Assembly (NCBI GenBank): GCA_017430135.1
Contig: JAFRNM010000004.1
Span: 5,499-69,498, forward strand
DNA length: 64,000 bases
Source: Clostridia bacterium
Lineage (GTDB): Bacteria; Bacillota; Clostridia; TANB77; CAG-508
Reading direction: 5' to 3'
A model generated the notes under the pieces. That model ran no database searches and was not told the DNA's origin. It was given only the letters and a program-made list of their open reading frames with translations. Made by a program: the position numbers and the translations under genes. This document shows positions 39,317-51,800 of the stretch, one piece after another; position 1 is the first letter of the stretch; the number at the start of each line of letters is the position of its first letter.

Positions 39317-40456
39317 ATGAACGAAATAAAGAAAAATGGCAAAAAATGGTTTTATTGGTTCATATTAGGAGTTGCAATAATAACTTTTTATAAGTTGTTA
39401 GATAATTTCCCTGAAATAATGAAAGGTATAGTAGACTTTTTAAAAATTCTAAAACCATTCTTTATAGGAATATTGATTGCGTATATTTTGTATATGCCAA
39501 GCAAAACAATAGAGAAGAAATTAAGAAAATCTAAAGTGAGACTAATAAAAAGAAAAGCGAGAACACTAAGTATATTAGCGAGCTACATAATATTTGCTCT
39601 AATACTTGTAATAATCTTTAACTGGATATTTCCAGTGCTAGTGCAAAGCGTGACAGAGCTTGTAACAAACTTACAAGGGTATATTGAAGGAACAATTCAA
39701 AAATACAATGAGTTGCCACAAGATTCAATCTTAAAAAGTGAAGCAGTAACAAATACAATAAACGACATATTACAAAGTGCAAAAAGCATAGATTTTAAAC
39801 AATATATAAATATGGATACAATAGGCCAATATGCAAAAGGCGCAGTAAGCTTTGTAAATAGCATAATTGACGTGTTTGTAGCATTTATAGTTTCAGTATA
39901 TTTACTATCTGGAAGAACCAAAATAATGGCATTTTTAGAAAGATTTACTAAAGCAGTATTTAAAGAAAAAACATATCAAAATCTTTCAAAATATTTTAAT
40001 GATACAAACGAAATCTTTTTCAAATTTTTAAGTAGTCAGCTAATAGATGCGGTCGTAGTAGGAGTTATAACAACAATTGCAATGAGTATAATGGGCATAA
40101 AATACGCACCATTACTAGGTTTTATAATAGGACTATTTAATATAATTCCGTATGTTGGAGCAATAATTGCGGTAATAATAGCAGCAATTATCACACTAAT
40201 TACAGGCGGAATATCTCAAGCAATATGGATGCTTATTGTAGTAATAATATTGCAACAAATAGATGCAAATATAATAAATCCGAAAATTGTAGGAGACAAC
40301 TTAAAAATAAGTCCATTAGTAGTAATATTTGCAATAACTATAGGTGGAGCATATTTTGGAATGTGGGGAATATTCTTGTCAGTTCCAATTTCCGCTGTGG
40401 TCAAGATTTTAGTAGAAGATTTTATAAAATATAAAAATTCCCAAAAGGCAGAATAA
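39317..40456 (+). CDS. AI-2E family transporter (PerM/YdiK-like permease)
   Basis: About 380-aa polytopic membrane protein starting MNEIKKNGKKW with an AAGGAGAAAG RBS. The longer ORF in the track would begin inside REP repeats. Confidence 0.8.
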   Translation: MNEIKKNGKKWFYWFILGVAIITFYKLLDNFPEIMKGIVDFLKILKPFFIGILIAYILYMPSKTIEKKLRKSKVRLIKRKARTLSILASYIIFALILVIIFNWIFPVLVQSVTELVTNLQGYIEGTIQKYNELPQDSILKSEAVTNTINDILQSAKSIDFKQYINMDTIGQYAKGAVSFVNSIIDVFVAFIVSVYLLSGRTKIMAFLERFTKAVFKEKTYQNLSKYFNDTNEIFFKFLSSQLIDAVVVGVITTIAMSIMGIKYAPLLGFIIGLFNIIPYVGAIIAVIIAAIITLITGGISQAIWMLIVVIILQQIDANIINPKIVGDNLKISPLVVIFAITIGGAYFGMWGIFLSVPISAVVKILVEDFIKYKNSQKAE

Positions 40457-40532
40457 ATTCTGCCTTTTGACATTTAGACACTTGAAAAAACTGGAAAATA
40501 GTGTATAATAGAAGAGGAAAAGAGGTGAGAAA

Positions 40533-41204
40533 ATGAACAAAGAAGAACTAGAAAAAAATATAGGATATTCATTTAAAAACAAGGAACTTCTAAACCAGGC
40601 ATTAACACACACATCATATGCATATGAAAATGGAATAGAAAGCAACGAAAAACTAGAATTCTTAGGAGATAGCATATTAGAATTTATATCAAGTAACTAT
40701 ATTTATAATACATACCCAAACCTTAAAGAAGGAGAAATGACTAAAGTTAGAGCTAGCGTGGTGTGCGAAACAAGCCTACACAAAGTAGCGAAAAAGCATG
40801 ATTTTAGTGATTTCTTAAACTTGGGAAAATCTGAAAGAACAACCTGCAAAGGGGGAAGACCGGCTATATTAGCAGATAGCGTGGAAGCCGTAATAGCTGC
40901 AATGTACATAGATGGTGGCTTACAATATGCCGAAAAGTTCATAATAGAAAATCTAAAAGACGATATAGAAATTGCAGTTCATCATGTTGGAGAAAAAGAT
41001 TATAAAACTGTGCTACAAGAAATGTTACAAGTGCATGGAAATGTAAAAATAGAATACAATGTTTTAAGAGAATTTGGTCCAGACCATGCAAAACAATTTG
41101 AAGTTGAAGTTAGATGCAATAACAAATTATTGGCAAATGGAACAGGAAAAAGTAAAAAACTTGCAGAAATGGATGCAGCAAAAAAAGCGATAGAAGTTTT
41201 GTAA
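40533..41204 (+). CDS. rnc: Ribonuclease III
   Basis: 223 aa. RNase III signature ERLEFLGDS plus a C-terminal dsRBD. Confidence 0.92.
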   Translation: MNKEELEKNIGYSFKNKELLNQALTHTSYAYENGIESNEKLEFLGDSILEFISSNYIYNTYPNLKEGEMTKVRASVVCETSLHKVAKKHDFSDFLNLGKSERTTCKGGRPAILADSVEAVIAAMYIDGGLQYAEKFIIENLKDDIEIAVHHVGEKDYKTVLQEMLQVHGNVKIEYNVLREFGPDHAKQFEVEVRCNNKLLANGTGKSKKLAEMDAAKKAIEVL

Positions 41205-41206
41205 AT

Positions 41207-41238
41207 TAAAAATGAGAAGCGAGTGCTTCTCATTTTTA
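41207..41238. terminator. Bidirectional terminator (rnc / radical-SAM gene)
   Basis: aaaatgagaagcgagtgcttctcattttt. Confidence 0.85.
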
Positions 41239-41275
41239 CATTAAATTCTATCTTTTGCAATTAGCATAATGTTCG

Positions 41276-42337
41276 CTATTGTTCTTCTTCTTTAAAATCA
41301 GCAAATGTTTTTACAATTTCAATTTTAGATTTTCCTTGTTTTATTTCTTTATTTGGTTTTACTCTTAAACGTACATTGTATATATCTTTTAGCTTTTCAA
41401 CATTTTCTTTTTTATGGCCTATTACATTGTTTACATCTTGTGGATTTACTTCTACTTGAACCTCTTGTACTTTTACATTTAATTTTTTTATTTTATTTAC
41501 AATTGCGTCATACCACAAGCTAGATTCTACAAGTTGCCTGAATGCTGGATGATAAGGCCCTGCAAGCACTTCACTGCTTTCTTGTTCTGGACTTGTTATT
41601 TCATCTGTGTTTTGTAATCCAATTCTTATTATATCTATATTTTTACTATTAAACATTGAAACTAATTCTTTGCAAACCTCAACAGCTTGTACTACTGTAA
41701 GGGGCTTGTATGTACCATCTTCATATTCTTTTGCAAGTTTTGTTCCTTTAATTACCAAAACAGGATAAATTCTTACCATCTTTGGTTTTAGTTTTATCAA
41801 TGCTTTTGCAGTATTTATTTCATCTATTTTTGTAGAGTCTTGTAAGCCCACCATCATTTGATGTCCAAGTGTGAAGCCATATCTTCTAATTAGTTTTGAG
41901 GCTTTTTTTACATCTGCAAAAGTGTGACCTCTCTCTGCCTTTTTTAGTATATAATCATTTGTTGATTGAACTCCAAGTTCTATTGTTTTTACTTTATATT
42001 TTTTTAGTCTTTTCAAAATGTCTTTACTTATATAATCAGGCCTTGTAGAAATTCGTATGCTATCAACTTTTCCCTTTCGAATGTAGCTGTATGCTGCCTC
42101 TAATAGTTCGTTCTGAACTTTTTCTTCTATTCCTGTAAAACTGCCACCAAAAAACGCTACCTCAATGTTTCCATCAGGATCTTTAATATGGTCTAAATAA
42201 TAATCTATTGTTCTATTAACATCTTCTTTTGTAACTTGATTTTTTTCTCCACTTATTTTGTTTTGATTGCAAAATGAGCAATCATGTGGGCAACCTAAGT
42301 GTGGTACAAATATAGGGATAACGTATTTTTTGGTCAT
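41276..42337 (-). CDS. Radical SAM protein (TIGR01212/ELP3-like catalytic core, no GNAT domain)
   Basis: 353 aa. CPHDCSFC (CxxxCxxC) at the N-terminus. Convergent with rnc and shares a bidirectional terminator. Confidence 0.75.
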   Translation of the reverse strand: MTKKYVIPIFVPHLGCPHDCSFCNQNKISGEKNQVTKEDVNRTIDYYLDHIKDPDGNIEVAFFGGSFTGIEEKVQNELLEAAYSYIRKGKVDSIRISTRPDYISKDILKRLKKYKVKTIELGVQSTNDYILKKAERGHTFADVKKASKLIRRYGFTLGHQMMVGLQDSTKIDEINTAKALIKLKPKMVRIYPVLVIKGTKLAKEYEDGTYKPLTVVQAVEVCKELVSMFNSKNIDIIRIGLQNTDEITSPEQESSEVLAGPYHPAFRQLVESSLWYDAIVNKIKKLNVKVQEVQVEVNPQDVNNVIGHKKENVEKLKDIYNVRLRVKPNKEIKQGKSKIEIVKTFADFKEEEQ

Positions 42338-42731
42338 TCTACTTCATTCCTTTCTCAAGTTTTAATTTCGACATTTTTATTAATCTTATTATACACTAAT
42401 TATTAAATTTTTCAAGTGTTTTCAATACAAAAATTTTTTTGCTTTTTTATAAAAATAACTTGATTTTTCGAACTATCTTTCCGATTACAGAAAGTAAGTT
42501 AAATAATTCTATAAAAAACTAAATCCTTTTTTTTTATTTCATGTTCTTTTATGATATAATATTAAAAATAATATATGGATGTTGATTTTTGATTAAAAAC
42601 AGGACATTACAGGATATAAAAATGCCATAACACTCGTCTTATAAAAAAATTAAAAAATATGAGACAAAAGAGATAAGTAAAAGTATCTAATATATGAATC
42701 GATTATATGTACATATAAAAAAGGAGGAAAA

Positions 42732-43253
42732 ATGGAAAGCAAATTAATTGAACTAGTTACTTGTGCAAAAAATGGTAATATGGAAGCTTTTTCAGAATTG
42801 ATAATGGGTTATGAACAAGATTTGTATAGAATTGCAAGTATCAGAGGATTGTCCGAAAATGATATAGATGATGTAATTCAGATTACAATAGAAAAAGCTT
42901 TGAAAAATATCAAAAAATTAAGGCGCCCTGAATTTGCAAAGACATGGCTTATTAAAATTTTAATTAATAATTGCAATAAATTTTATCAGAGAAGAAAATA
43001 TAAAGAAGAAAATGTAGAGGATTTTGAAAATCAAACTTCAGAAAAATTTTGTGAAGAGATACATTCAAAATTAGACTTTTATAATTTAATTAAAGATTTA
43101 AATTATGATGAAAGAGTAGTTTTAACTTTATATTATTCTGAAGATTTAACTACAAAAGAAATTAGTCAAATATTAAAAGAACGTGAAAGTACGATCAGAA
43201 ATAGAAAGGCAAGAGCATTGAGTAAGCTCAAAGAAAGATTTATTAGGGGGTAG
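42732..43253 (+). CDS. ECF-type sigma-70 family RNA polymerase sigma factor
   Basis: 173 aa. Region 2 (DLYRIASIRGLSENDIDDVIQ) and region 4 HTH (LTTKEISQILKERESTIRNRKARALSKL). Confidence 0.75.
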   Translation: MESKLIELVTCAKNGNMEAFSELIMGYEQDLYRIASIRGLSENDIDDVIQITIEKALKNIKKLRRPEFAKTWLIKILINNCNKFYQRRKYKEENVEDFENQTSEKFCEEIHSKLDFYNLIKDLNYDERVVLTLYYSEDLTTKEISQILKERESTIRNRKARALSKLKERFIRG

Positions 43254-43260
43254 GAATATA

Positions 43261-44439
43261 ATGAACGAAAATAATGAAAAGAAGATAGAAAAAATTTTTA
43301 GGCAAGAAATTGAGATACCTTATCATGTAAAAAATACTATTAAAAAAACATTAAATATAGCTTCAAATAAAAATAAATTACTAAAAAATAACATAATAAA
43401 AACGGTATTAGCAACTTCAACATGTTGTTTAATGTTAACAAGAATAGTTTTTGCTAAGGATATAAAGAATTATGTTTCTTCACTTTTGAAAATAAATAAA
43501 GGTGTTGATACAGCAATTGAAAATGGATATGTATATAAAAATGATGAACCAGAAACTACACTAGATACAGGTGATATTAAGGTTAATTTTAGAATATTAG
43601 AAATTGTTATGGATGATTATAATTTAGATATACAATTATCACTGGATTCATTTTATACATTAAATTTTAAGGAATATAATAAAATCACTCTACAGGATAT
43701 GGTTGTTTATGATGAAAATTACAATATTATATTTTTTGATAATATAGAAGTACTTAAGGAATTTTTAAAGGGACAAGATAAAGAATATAGTGAAAAAGAA
43801 TTAAAGGAAAAGTGTATAAATGCATCTATGAATTGCTTTATGGAATATCCAGGAAAAGGTGGAGTGGATATAAAGTGTAAATTGTCCGGAACTACATTTC
43901 CTAAGAGCAAAAAAATAAATATAATGATTAAGACTATAAATGCATATAAAGATGGTGGGAATAAAGAAGATGTTAAGACAGTTACAGGAGAATGGAATGC
44001 TAGTACATCAATTCCAGAGGAATTTTACAAAAGAGAAAACACGTTATATAAATGTACTTATTGTAGTGAACCAGGAATAGATAAAAATAAAGTAACTGGA
44101 ATATTGTCAAATACAGCTTTTAAAGTTAAAATTGACGAAATAAAAACTGACAAGATTGACTTTGGACTTCTAAATAATACAACTAATCCTAAAAAAATTT
44201 CCGATTTAATAGCTATTCAGAAGGAATATATAGAAACTTCTGACGGAAGAAAATTTGAAACAGAAAACGCTGATGGAAATGCAGGATATAGTGTAGGTAT
44301 TGGAGAAGATGTAGTAAATGGATATCATCAAACATTTTCTTTGACTAAATTTGATGCAGTAGATGATATAAAAATCCATATGTTTACTAATAAAAATGAA
44401 GAAATTACTATAATATTAAATAAAGAAGATACAAAATAA
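43261..44439 (+). CDS. Putative membrane anti-sigma factor (single TM, extracytoplasmic domain)
   Basis: 392 aa. Starts 7 nt after the sigma gene. Cytoplasmic N-terminus, a TM at about aa 45-65, and a large extracellular domain. The call rests mainly on genetic linkage. Confidence 0.4.
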   Translation: MNENNEKKIEKIFRQEIEIPYHVKNTIKKTLNIASNKNKLLKNNIIKTVLATSTCCLMLTRIVFAKDIKNYVSSLLKINKGVDTAIENGYVYKNDEPETTLDTGDIKVNFRILEIVMDDYNLDIQLSLDSFYTLNFKEYNKITLQDMVVYDENYNIIFFDNIEVLKEFLKGQDKEYSEKELKEKCINASMNCFMEYPGKGGVDIKCKLSGTTFPKSKKINIMIKTINAYKDGGNKEDVKTVTGEWNASTSIPEEFYKRENTLYKCTYCSEPGIDKNKVTGILSNTAFKVKIDEIKTDKIDFGLLNNTTNPKKISDLIAIQKEYIETSDGRKFETENADGNAGYSVGIGEDVVNGYHQTFSLTKFDAVDDIKIHMFTNKNEEITIILNKEDTK

Positions 44440-44455
44440 TGTATCTTCTTTTCAG
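44418..44455 (+). terminator. Terminator after the anti-sigma gene
   Basis: aagaagatacaaaataatgtatcttcttttc. Confidence 0.7.
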
Positions 44456-44584
44456 TAAGTAACCAAATTGTTTTATAAATTATGCTAAATCAACCCATGT
44501 ATGGACATCTGCGCGCCTGAATCCACCAAAATATAGCACATTTATTTTTATATTTCAATATTTTTTAAATTTTGCTCTAAACCA

Positions 44585-44613
44585 TTGACTTCCGTAAGAA
44601 AAAATGATAAAAT
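44585..44613 (+). promoter_or_regulatory. Putative rpoB promoter with a ~230-nt leader
   Basis: TTGACT, 17 nt, TAAAAT. Contains the recurring TTCCGTAAG motif in the spacer. Confidence 0.45.
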
Positions 44614-44846
44614 AGATAAGATATTTATGGTTGTAAATTTTTGAAAACAACCAATTCAATTTATTATATTCAATTAAAGTATTTTAAAAAGAGGAATTAT
44701 TTGTAGAAAACTATAGCAGAAATTAAATGTCAGAGCAGTCATTTAAAAGTAACTAAAAGAGCTACAAAATAAGAAGGACTTTTTAAGATATTGTACCGAA
44801 TAGGTAATTTAAAATCTGCTTAAAATATTTTTAAGGAGTGATTTTT

Positions 44847-47800
44847 TTGAAACTAAAAGACATCAATTTTGAAAAGACAACAAGAAAGAATTTCGCAAAA
44901 GTTGGCGATTACATCGAAATGCCAAATCTTATCAAAGTACAAAAAGATTCATATGACTGGTTTGTAGAAGAAGGCTTAGGAGAAGTATTAAAAGATATTT
45001 CACCAATAGAAGACTATTCTGGAAACCTTGTTTTAGAGTTCTTTGATTACTATATGGAGGACAAAACAAAATATACTCTTGAAGAATCAAAAGAAAGAGA
45101 CGCAACATATGCAACAAGATTACATGTAAAAGTAAGATTAATAAACCGTGAAACAGGCGAAATTAAAGAGCAAGAAATCTATTTAGGAGATTTCCCACTA
45201 ATGACAGATAGTGGAACATTCGTAATTAACGGGGCAGAAAGAGTTGTAGTAAGCCAATTAGTACGTTCACCTGGATGCTACTATGCAGAAGAATTTGATA
45301 CAAAAACAGGAAAAAGAACATACACATCTACAGTAATGCCACTAAGAGGAGCATGGATAGAATACGAAACAGACGGAAACGACATATTCTATGTACGTGT
45401 AGATAGAACAAGAAAAATCCCTGTAACATTACTATTAAGAGCAATTGGAATAATTTCAGATGACCAAATAAGAGACCTATTTGGAGATGAAGAATTATTA
45501 AACACAACAATAGCCAAAGACACAATAAAAGACCAAGACGAAGCTTTAATAGAAATCTACAAAAAATTAAGACCTGGAGAATTACCAACAGCAGAAGCAG
45601 CAAGAACATTATTCAATGGATTATTCTTCGATAACAGAAGATATGACCTAGCAAAAGTTGGAAGATTCAAATTCAACCAAAAACTAGCAATAGCTGGAAG
45701 AATTACAGACAAAGTAGCTGCAAAAGATATTATAGATCCTGAAACAGGCGAAGTATTTGTAACAGCTGGAGAAACAATCACTGAAGAAATAGCAGAAAAC
45801 ATACAAAACGCAGGAATAAATGTAGTAGATATTACATATAACGATAGAACAATAAGAGTAATAGGAAATGGAACAGTAAATATCCACAAAGTATTACCAA
45901 ATGTGGATTTAAGCAAACTACATTTCAAAGAATTAGTAAATTACTCAGCATTAAAAAATATAATGGACAACACATCTGAAAAAGATTTAGTAAAAACATT
46001 AAAAGAAAGATATGACGAATTAGTACCAAAAACAGTAACAACAGAAGACATTATCGCATCTGTAAACTTCCTATTAAACCTATCACATGGATTAGGAAAA
46101 CCAGACGACATAGACCACTTATCAAATCGTAGAATTCGTTGTGTTGGAGAACTTTTACAAAATCAATTCAGAATTGGTTTAGCAAGACTTGAAAGAGTTG
46201 TAAGAGAAAGAATGACAATCCAAGACTTAGATGTTGTAACACCACAAACATTAATCAATACAAAACCAATAACATCAGCAATAAGAGAATTCTTTGGAAG
46301 CTCACAACTTTCACAATTCATGGATCAAACAAACCCACTTTCAGAATTAACACATAAAAGAAGAATTTCAGCATTAGGACCTGGAGGATTAACAAGAGAA
46401 AGAGCAGGTTTTGAGGTTCGTGACGTTCACTATACACACTATGGTAGATTATGCCCAATAGAATCTCCAGAAGGACCAAACATTGGATTAATCTCAGCAT
46501 TATCATCATTTGCAAGCATAAACGAATATGGATTTATCGAAACACCATATAGAAAAATAGATCCAGAAACACATAGAGCAACAGATACAGTAGAATACAT
46601 GAGCGCAGATGTAGAAGACAACTACATAATAGCTCAAGCATCTGAGCCAATGGATGAAAATGGAGAATTTTTAAATGACAGAATAAGAGTTAGATACAAA
46701 AATGAAGTAATAGAAGTTGACAAAGAAAAAGTTCAATACATAGATGTATCTCCAAAACAACTTGTATCAGTAGCTGCTGCCATGATACCATTCTTAGAGC
46801 ACGATGACGCAAAAAGAGCTCTAATGGGATCAAACATGCAACGTCAAGCAGTTCCACTATTGATATCAGAAAGCCCAATAGTTGGAACAGGAATAGAATA
46901 CAGAGCTGCAAAAGACTCTGGAATCTTAGTTCTAGCTGAAGATGATGGAGAAATAGTAAAAGTATCAGCTGACGAAATAAAAGTAAAATATAAAAACGGA
47001 AAAACAATTTCACACAAACTTCGTAAATTCAAGAGAACAAATGGTGGAACATGTATAAACCAAAGACCAATAGTTAAAAAAGGTGAAATAGTTAAAAAAG
47101 GCCAAACAATAGCAGATGGACCAGCAACAAAAGATGGAGAAATGGCTTTAGGTAAAAACGTATTAGTAGCATTCTCAACATGGGAAGGTTACAACTACGA
47201 GGACGCTATCCTAATCAACGAAAAATTGGTAAAAGAAGATGTGTTCACATCAATTCACATTGAAGAATACGACTGCGAATGCCGTGATACAAAACTTGGA
47301 CCAGAAGAAATTACAAGAGATATTCCAAACGTTGGAGATGACCAATTAAAAGACTTAGACGAAAATGGAATAATCAGAATAGGTGCAGAAGTAAGACCTG
47401 GAGATATCTTAGTTGGAAAAGTTACTCCAAAAGGAGAAACAGAACTAACAGCTGAAGAAAGATTATTAAGAGCTATCTTTGGTGAAAAAGCTAGGGAAGT
47501 AAGAGATACATCACTTAGAGTACCACATGGAGAAGCTGGAACAATAGTAGATGTAAAAATCTTCACAAGAGATAATTCAGACGAATTAGCACCTGGAGTA
47601 AACCAAGTAATTAGATGCTATATAGCAACAAAAAGAAAAATCTCAGTTGGAGATAAAATGGCAGGTCGTCACGGAAACAAAGGTGTTATTTCAAGAGTAT
47701 TACCAGAAGAAGACATGCCATTCATGCCAGACGGAACACCAGTAGATATCTTATTAAACCCACTTGGAGTACCTTCACGTATGAACCTTGGACAAATCCT

Positions 47801-48599
47801 AGAAGTTCACTTAGGTGGAGCTGCAAAAGCACTTGGATGGAAAATCTCAACACCAGTTTTCGATGGTGCAACAGAGGAAGACGTTAGAGAAGTGTTAAAA
47901 CAAGCAGGAATGAGCGAAGATGGTAAAACAATTCTATATGATGGTAGAACTGGAGAACCATTCGATAAGCCAATTACAGTTGGTATAATGTACATGTTAA
48001 AACTACACCACTTAGTAGATGACAAAATCCATGCTCGTTCAACTGGACCATACTCATTAGTTACACAACAACCTCTTGGAGGTAAAGCACAATTCGGTGG
48101 ACAACGTTTCGGAGAGATGGAAGTTTGGGCATTAGAGGCTTATGGTGCAGCATACACACTACAAGAAATGTTAACAGTTAAATCAGACGATGTTGTAGGA
48201 AGAGTAAAAACTTACGAAGCAATCGTAAAAGGTGAAAATATTCCAGAACCAGGAATTCCAGAAGGATTCAAAGTTCTAGTAAAAGAACTTCAATCATTAG
48301 GACTAGACATCAGACTATATTCACATGACAATCAAGAACTTGAAATAAAAGAAAACATCGAAGATGGAATCGAATACGATCCAGAAAGAGATAAAAAACT
48401 TTTAGAAGAAGAAGCAATCGGAGACGAAGAGCTTCCAGACGGATATAGTGAAGAAGGCGAAATGTTATTAGATGATGAAGATGACGAAGAAGATAGCGAT
48501 GAGCTATTTGAAGACTTAGGGGACGAAGGAGAAGAAGATATTTTTGATAATGATTTAGCTAATGACAATCTTGATAATGACGATGATATAATTGAATAA
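44847..48599 (+). CDS. rpoB: DNA-directed RNA polymerase subunit beta
   Basis: About 1250 aa, unmistakably RpoB. TTG start 8 nt after AAGGAG. About 70-aa acidic D/E-rich C-terminal tail. Confidence 0.97.
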   Translation: MKLKDINFEKTTRKNFAKVGDYIEMPNLIKVQKDSYDWFVEEGLGEVLKDISPIEDYSGNLVLEFFDYYMEDKTKYTLEESKERDATYATRLHVKVRLINRETGEIKEQEIYLGDFPLMTDSGTFVINGAERVVVSQLVRSPGCYYAEEFDTKTGKRTYTSTVMPLRGAWIEYETDGNDIFYVRVDRTRKIPVTLLLRAIGIISDDQIRDLFGDEELLNTTIAKDTIKDQDEALIEIYKKLRPGELPTAEAARTLFNGLFFDNRRYDLAKVGRFKFNQKLAIAGRITDKVAAKDIIDPETGEVFVTAGETITEEIAENIQNAGINVVDITYNDRTIRVIGNGTVNIHKVLPNVDLSKLHFKELVNYSALKNIMDNTSEKDLVKTLKERYDELVPKTVTTEDIIASVNFLLNLSHGLGKPDDIDHLSNRRIRCVGELLQNQFRIGLARLERVVRERMTIQDLDVVTPQTLINTKPITSAIREFFGSSQLSQFMDQTNPLSELTHKRRISALGPGGLTRERAGFEVRDVHYTHYGRLCPIESPEGPNIGLISALSSFASINEYGFIETPYRKIDPETHRATDTVEYMSADVEDNYIIAQASEPMDENGEFLNDRIRVRYKNEVIEVDKEKVQYIDVSPKQLVSVAAAMIPFLEHDDAKRALMGSNMQRQAVPLLISESPIVGTGIEYRAAKDSGILVLAEDDGEIVKVSADEIKVKYKNGKTISHKLRKFKRTNGGTCINQRPIVKKGEIVKKGQTIADGPATKDGEMALGKNVLVAFSTWEGYNYEDAILINEKLVKEDVFTSIHIEEYDCECRDTKLGPEEITRDIPNVGDDQLKDLDENGIIRIGAEVRPGDILVGKVTPKGETELTAEERLLRAIFGEKAREVRDTSLRVPHGEAGTIVDVKIFTRDNSDELAPGVNQVIRCYIATKRKISVGDKMAGRHGNKGVISRVLPEEDMPFMPDGTPVDILLNPLGVPSRMNLGQILEVHLGGAAKALGWKISTPVFDGATEEDVREVLKQAGMSEDGKTILYDGRTGEPFDKPITVGIMYMLKLHHLVDDKIHARSTGPYSLVTQQPLGGKAQFGGQRFGEMEVWALEAYGAAYTLQEMLTVKSDDVVGRVKTYEAIVKGENIPEPGIPEGFKVLVKELQSLGLDIRLYSHDNQELEIKENIEDGIEYDPERDKKLLEEEAIGDEELPDGYSEEGEMLLDDEDDEEDSDELFEDLGDEGEEDIFDNDLANDNLDNDDDIIE

Positions 48600-48863
48600 T
48601 AATAACTGAAATATATGAATTTTCAAACCCTTGGTGTCGCAATTTCCAGATTTTAAAATTACTAGTCTGTAAATTGCTCCAGTCGCCCTGCGCTTCGCTA
48701 CGGTTGGTCGCTTACGCGGGTATTGAAAATTAATATATTTCAGACCTTATAATTGAATATACTTCATATAAAAAAATGATTGACGGAAAAGTTTGCAAGA
48801 GCGGTGGCTAAATCATTTATAAAAATGGAGTAACCCAAAAAAATAAAATTAGGGGGAAAAAAC

Positions 48864-51800
48864 GTGGACGAAAACGAAATTTTTGATAAATTAAAAATAG
48901 GAATCGCATCAGATGAGCAAATAAGAGAATGGTCAAAAGGTGAAGTAAAAAAACCAGAGACAATTAATTATAGAACTCTTAAACCAGAAAAAGATGGTTT
49001 ATTCTGTGAAAAAATATTTGGACCAACAAAAGACTGGGAATGCCATTGTGGTAAATATAAAAGAGTAAGATATAAAGGAATAGTTTGCGATAGATGTGGT
49101 GTAGAAGTAACAAAATCTAAAGTAAGAAGAGAAAGAATGGGGCACATTGAATTAGCAGCTCCAGTAGCACACATTTGGTATTTCAAAGGAATACCAAGCA
49201 GAATAGCACTAATGCTGGACATCTCTCCAAGAGATTTGGAAAAAGTAATATACTTTGCATCTTACATAGTAACAGACAAAGGAACATCAGGATTAGAACA
49301 ATGCCAAATCTTAACAGAAAAAGAATATCACGAAGCTGTTGAAAAATATGGTAGAGGGTCATTCAAAGCAAGAATGGGTGCAGAAGCATTAAGAGAATTA
49401 CTAGAAAAAATAGACATTGACAAATTATATGAACAACTAAGAAAAGAAATAGAAAAATCATCAGAACAAAAAAGACTAAAACTAGTAAAAAGACTTGACA
49501 CAGTAGAATCATTTAGAGCATCTGGAAACAGACCAGAATGGATGGTAATGAATGTAATTCCAGTAATACCACCAGATTTAAGACCAATGGTACAATTAGA
49601 TGGTGGAAGATTTGCAACATCAGACTTAAACGACTTATATAGAAGAGTTATAAACAGAAATAACAGATTAAAAAGATTACTAGAATTGGGAGCACCAGAA
49701 ATAATTGTAAGAAATGAAAAAAGAATGTTACAAGAATCTGTAGATGCCCTAATAGATAATGGAAGAAGAGGAAAACCAGTAACAGGAGCTGGAAACAGAC
49801 CTTTAAAATCATTATCAGACATGTTAAAAGGAAAACAAGGTAGATTCCGTCAAAACTTACTAGGAAAGCGTGTTGACTACTCTGGACGTTCAGTTATCGT
49901 AGTTGGACCAGAACTAAAATTATATCAATGCGGACTTCCAAAAGAAATGGCTGTTGAATTATTCAAACCATTTGTAATGAGAGAATTAGTAGGAAGAGGA
50001 ATTGCCCAAAACATCAAAAATGCAAAAAGAATGGTAGAAAGATTAAGACCAGAAGTATGGGAAATATTAGAGGATGTTATAAAAGACCACCCTGTAATGT
50101 TAAACCGTGCTCCAACACTACACAGACTTGGTATTCAAGCATTTGAACCAGTTCTAGTAGAAGGTAGAGCAATAAAACTTCACCCACTTGTTTGTGAAGC
50201 CTTCAATGCCGACTTCGACGGTGACCAAATGGCAGTTCACTTACCACTATCTCCAGAAGCACAAGCAGAAGCAAGATACTTAATGCTTGCAACAAACAAC
50301 TTACTAAAACCACAAGATGGTAAACCAGTTGCAACACCAAGACTTGACATGATTTTAGGAAGTTACTACCTAACAATGGTACTAGATGGTGAAAAGGGAG
50401 AAGGAATGTACTTCAAAGACCCAGATGAAGCTATAATGGCACACGAAAACCACGAAGTATCAACACATGCTAAAATATTCGTAAGAATAGAAAAAGAAAT
50501 AAATGGCGAATTAAAACATGGAAAAATCGAAACAAGCGTAGGAAGAATTATCTTCAACCAAGGAATTCCACAAGATTTAGGATATATCAATAGAGAAGAA
50601 GATCCATTCCAATACGAAATCAATTTCCCAGTTATGAAAAAATCAATGGGAGATATAATCGAAAGAGTAATTAGAACACATGGCTTAACAGAATCAGCAG
50701 AAGTAATAGACTATATCAAAGCCCTAGGATACAAATACTCTACTGTTGCAGGTATTACATACTCAATGGACGACGTAAAAGTGCCAGCTAAAAAGAAAGA
50801 ATTATTAGCAGAAGCAGACAAGAAAATCGAAACAATTCGTAAACAATATGCAAGAGGTTTAATAACAGACAATGAAAGATATATTGCAACAATTAATGTT
50901 TGGGAACAAACAACAAAAGATGTTTCTAAGGCCATGGAAGATAACTTCGACGACCTAAACCCAGTTTACATGATGGTTAAATCAGGTGCCCGTGGTAACA
51001 TGAACCAATTACGTCAAATCGCTGGTATGCGTGGACTTATGGCAAGTACAACAGGTAAAGCGGTAGAAATACCAATCAAATCATCATTTGCTGAAGGTCT
51101 AGATGCCCTAGAATACTTCATTTCAACACACGGTGCTAGAAAGGGACTTTCAGATACAGCTCTAAGAACAGCCGATTCAGGATACCTAACAAGAAGACTT
51201 GTAGACGTTTCACAAGACATAATTGTTAGAGAACATGATTGTGGAACAGACGACGGAATTATCATTTATGATATTAAAGACGGAAACCAAATAATTGAAA
51301 AAATGCATGAAAGACTACTTGGAAGATTCTCAGTAGAAGATGTAGTTAATCCAACAACTGGTGAACTAATTGTGGATAACAACACAATGATTAACGATGA
51401 AATTGCAGATAAAATTATAGATGCAGGAATCGAAAAATTAAAAGTTCGTTCAGCATTAGGATGTAGAACAAAACATGGTGTTTGTCAAAAATGCTATGGT
51501 ATGGGATTAGCAAGAAGAAGCCTAGTTTCAATAGGAGAAGCAGTTGGTATAATTGCAGCTCAATCAATAGGAGAGCCAGGTACACAGCTTACAATGAGAA
51601 CTATCCACTCTGGTGGTGTAGCAGGTGTAGCAGATATTACACAAGGTCTTCCTAGAGTTGAAGAATTATTCGAAGCTAGAAAACCAAAGGGATTAGCAAT
51701 AATTACTGAAATCGATGGAAAAGTAAAAATCAAAGAATCAAAGAAGAAGAAAGAAGTTGTTGTAACATCAGATGATGATGCAAGAACATACACAATACCA

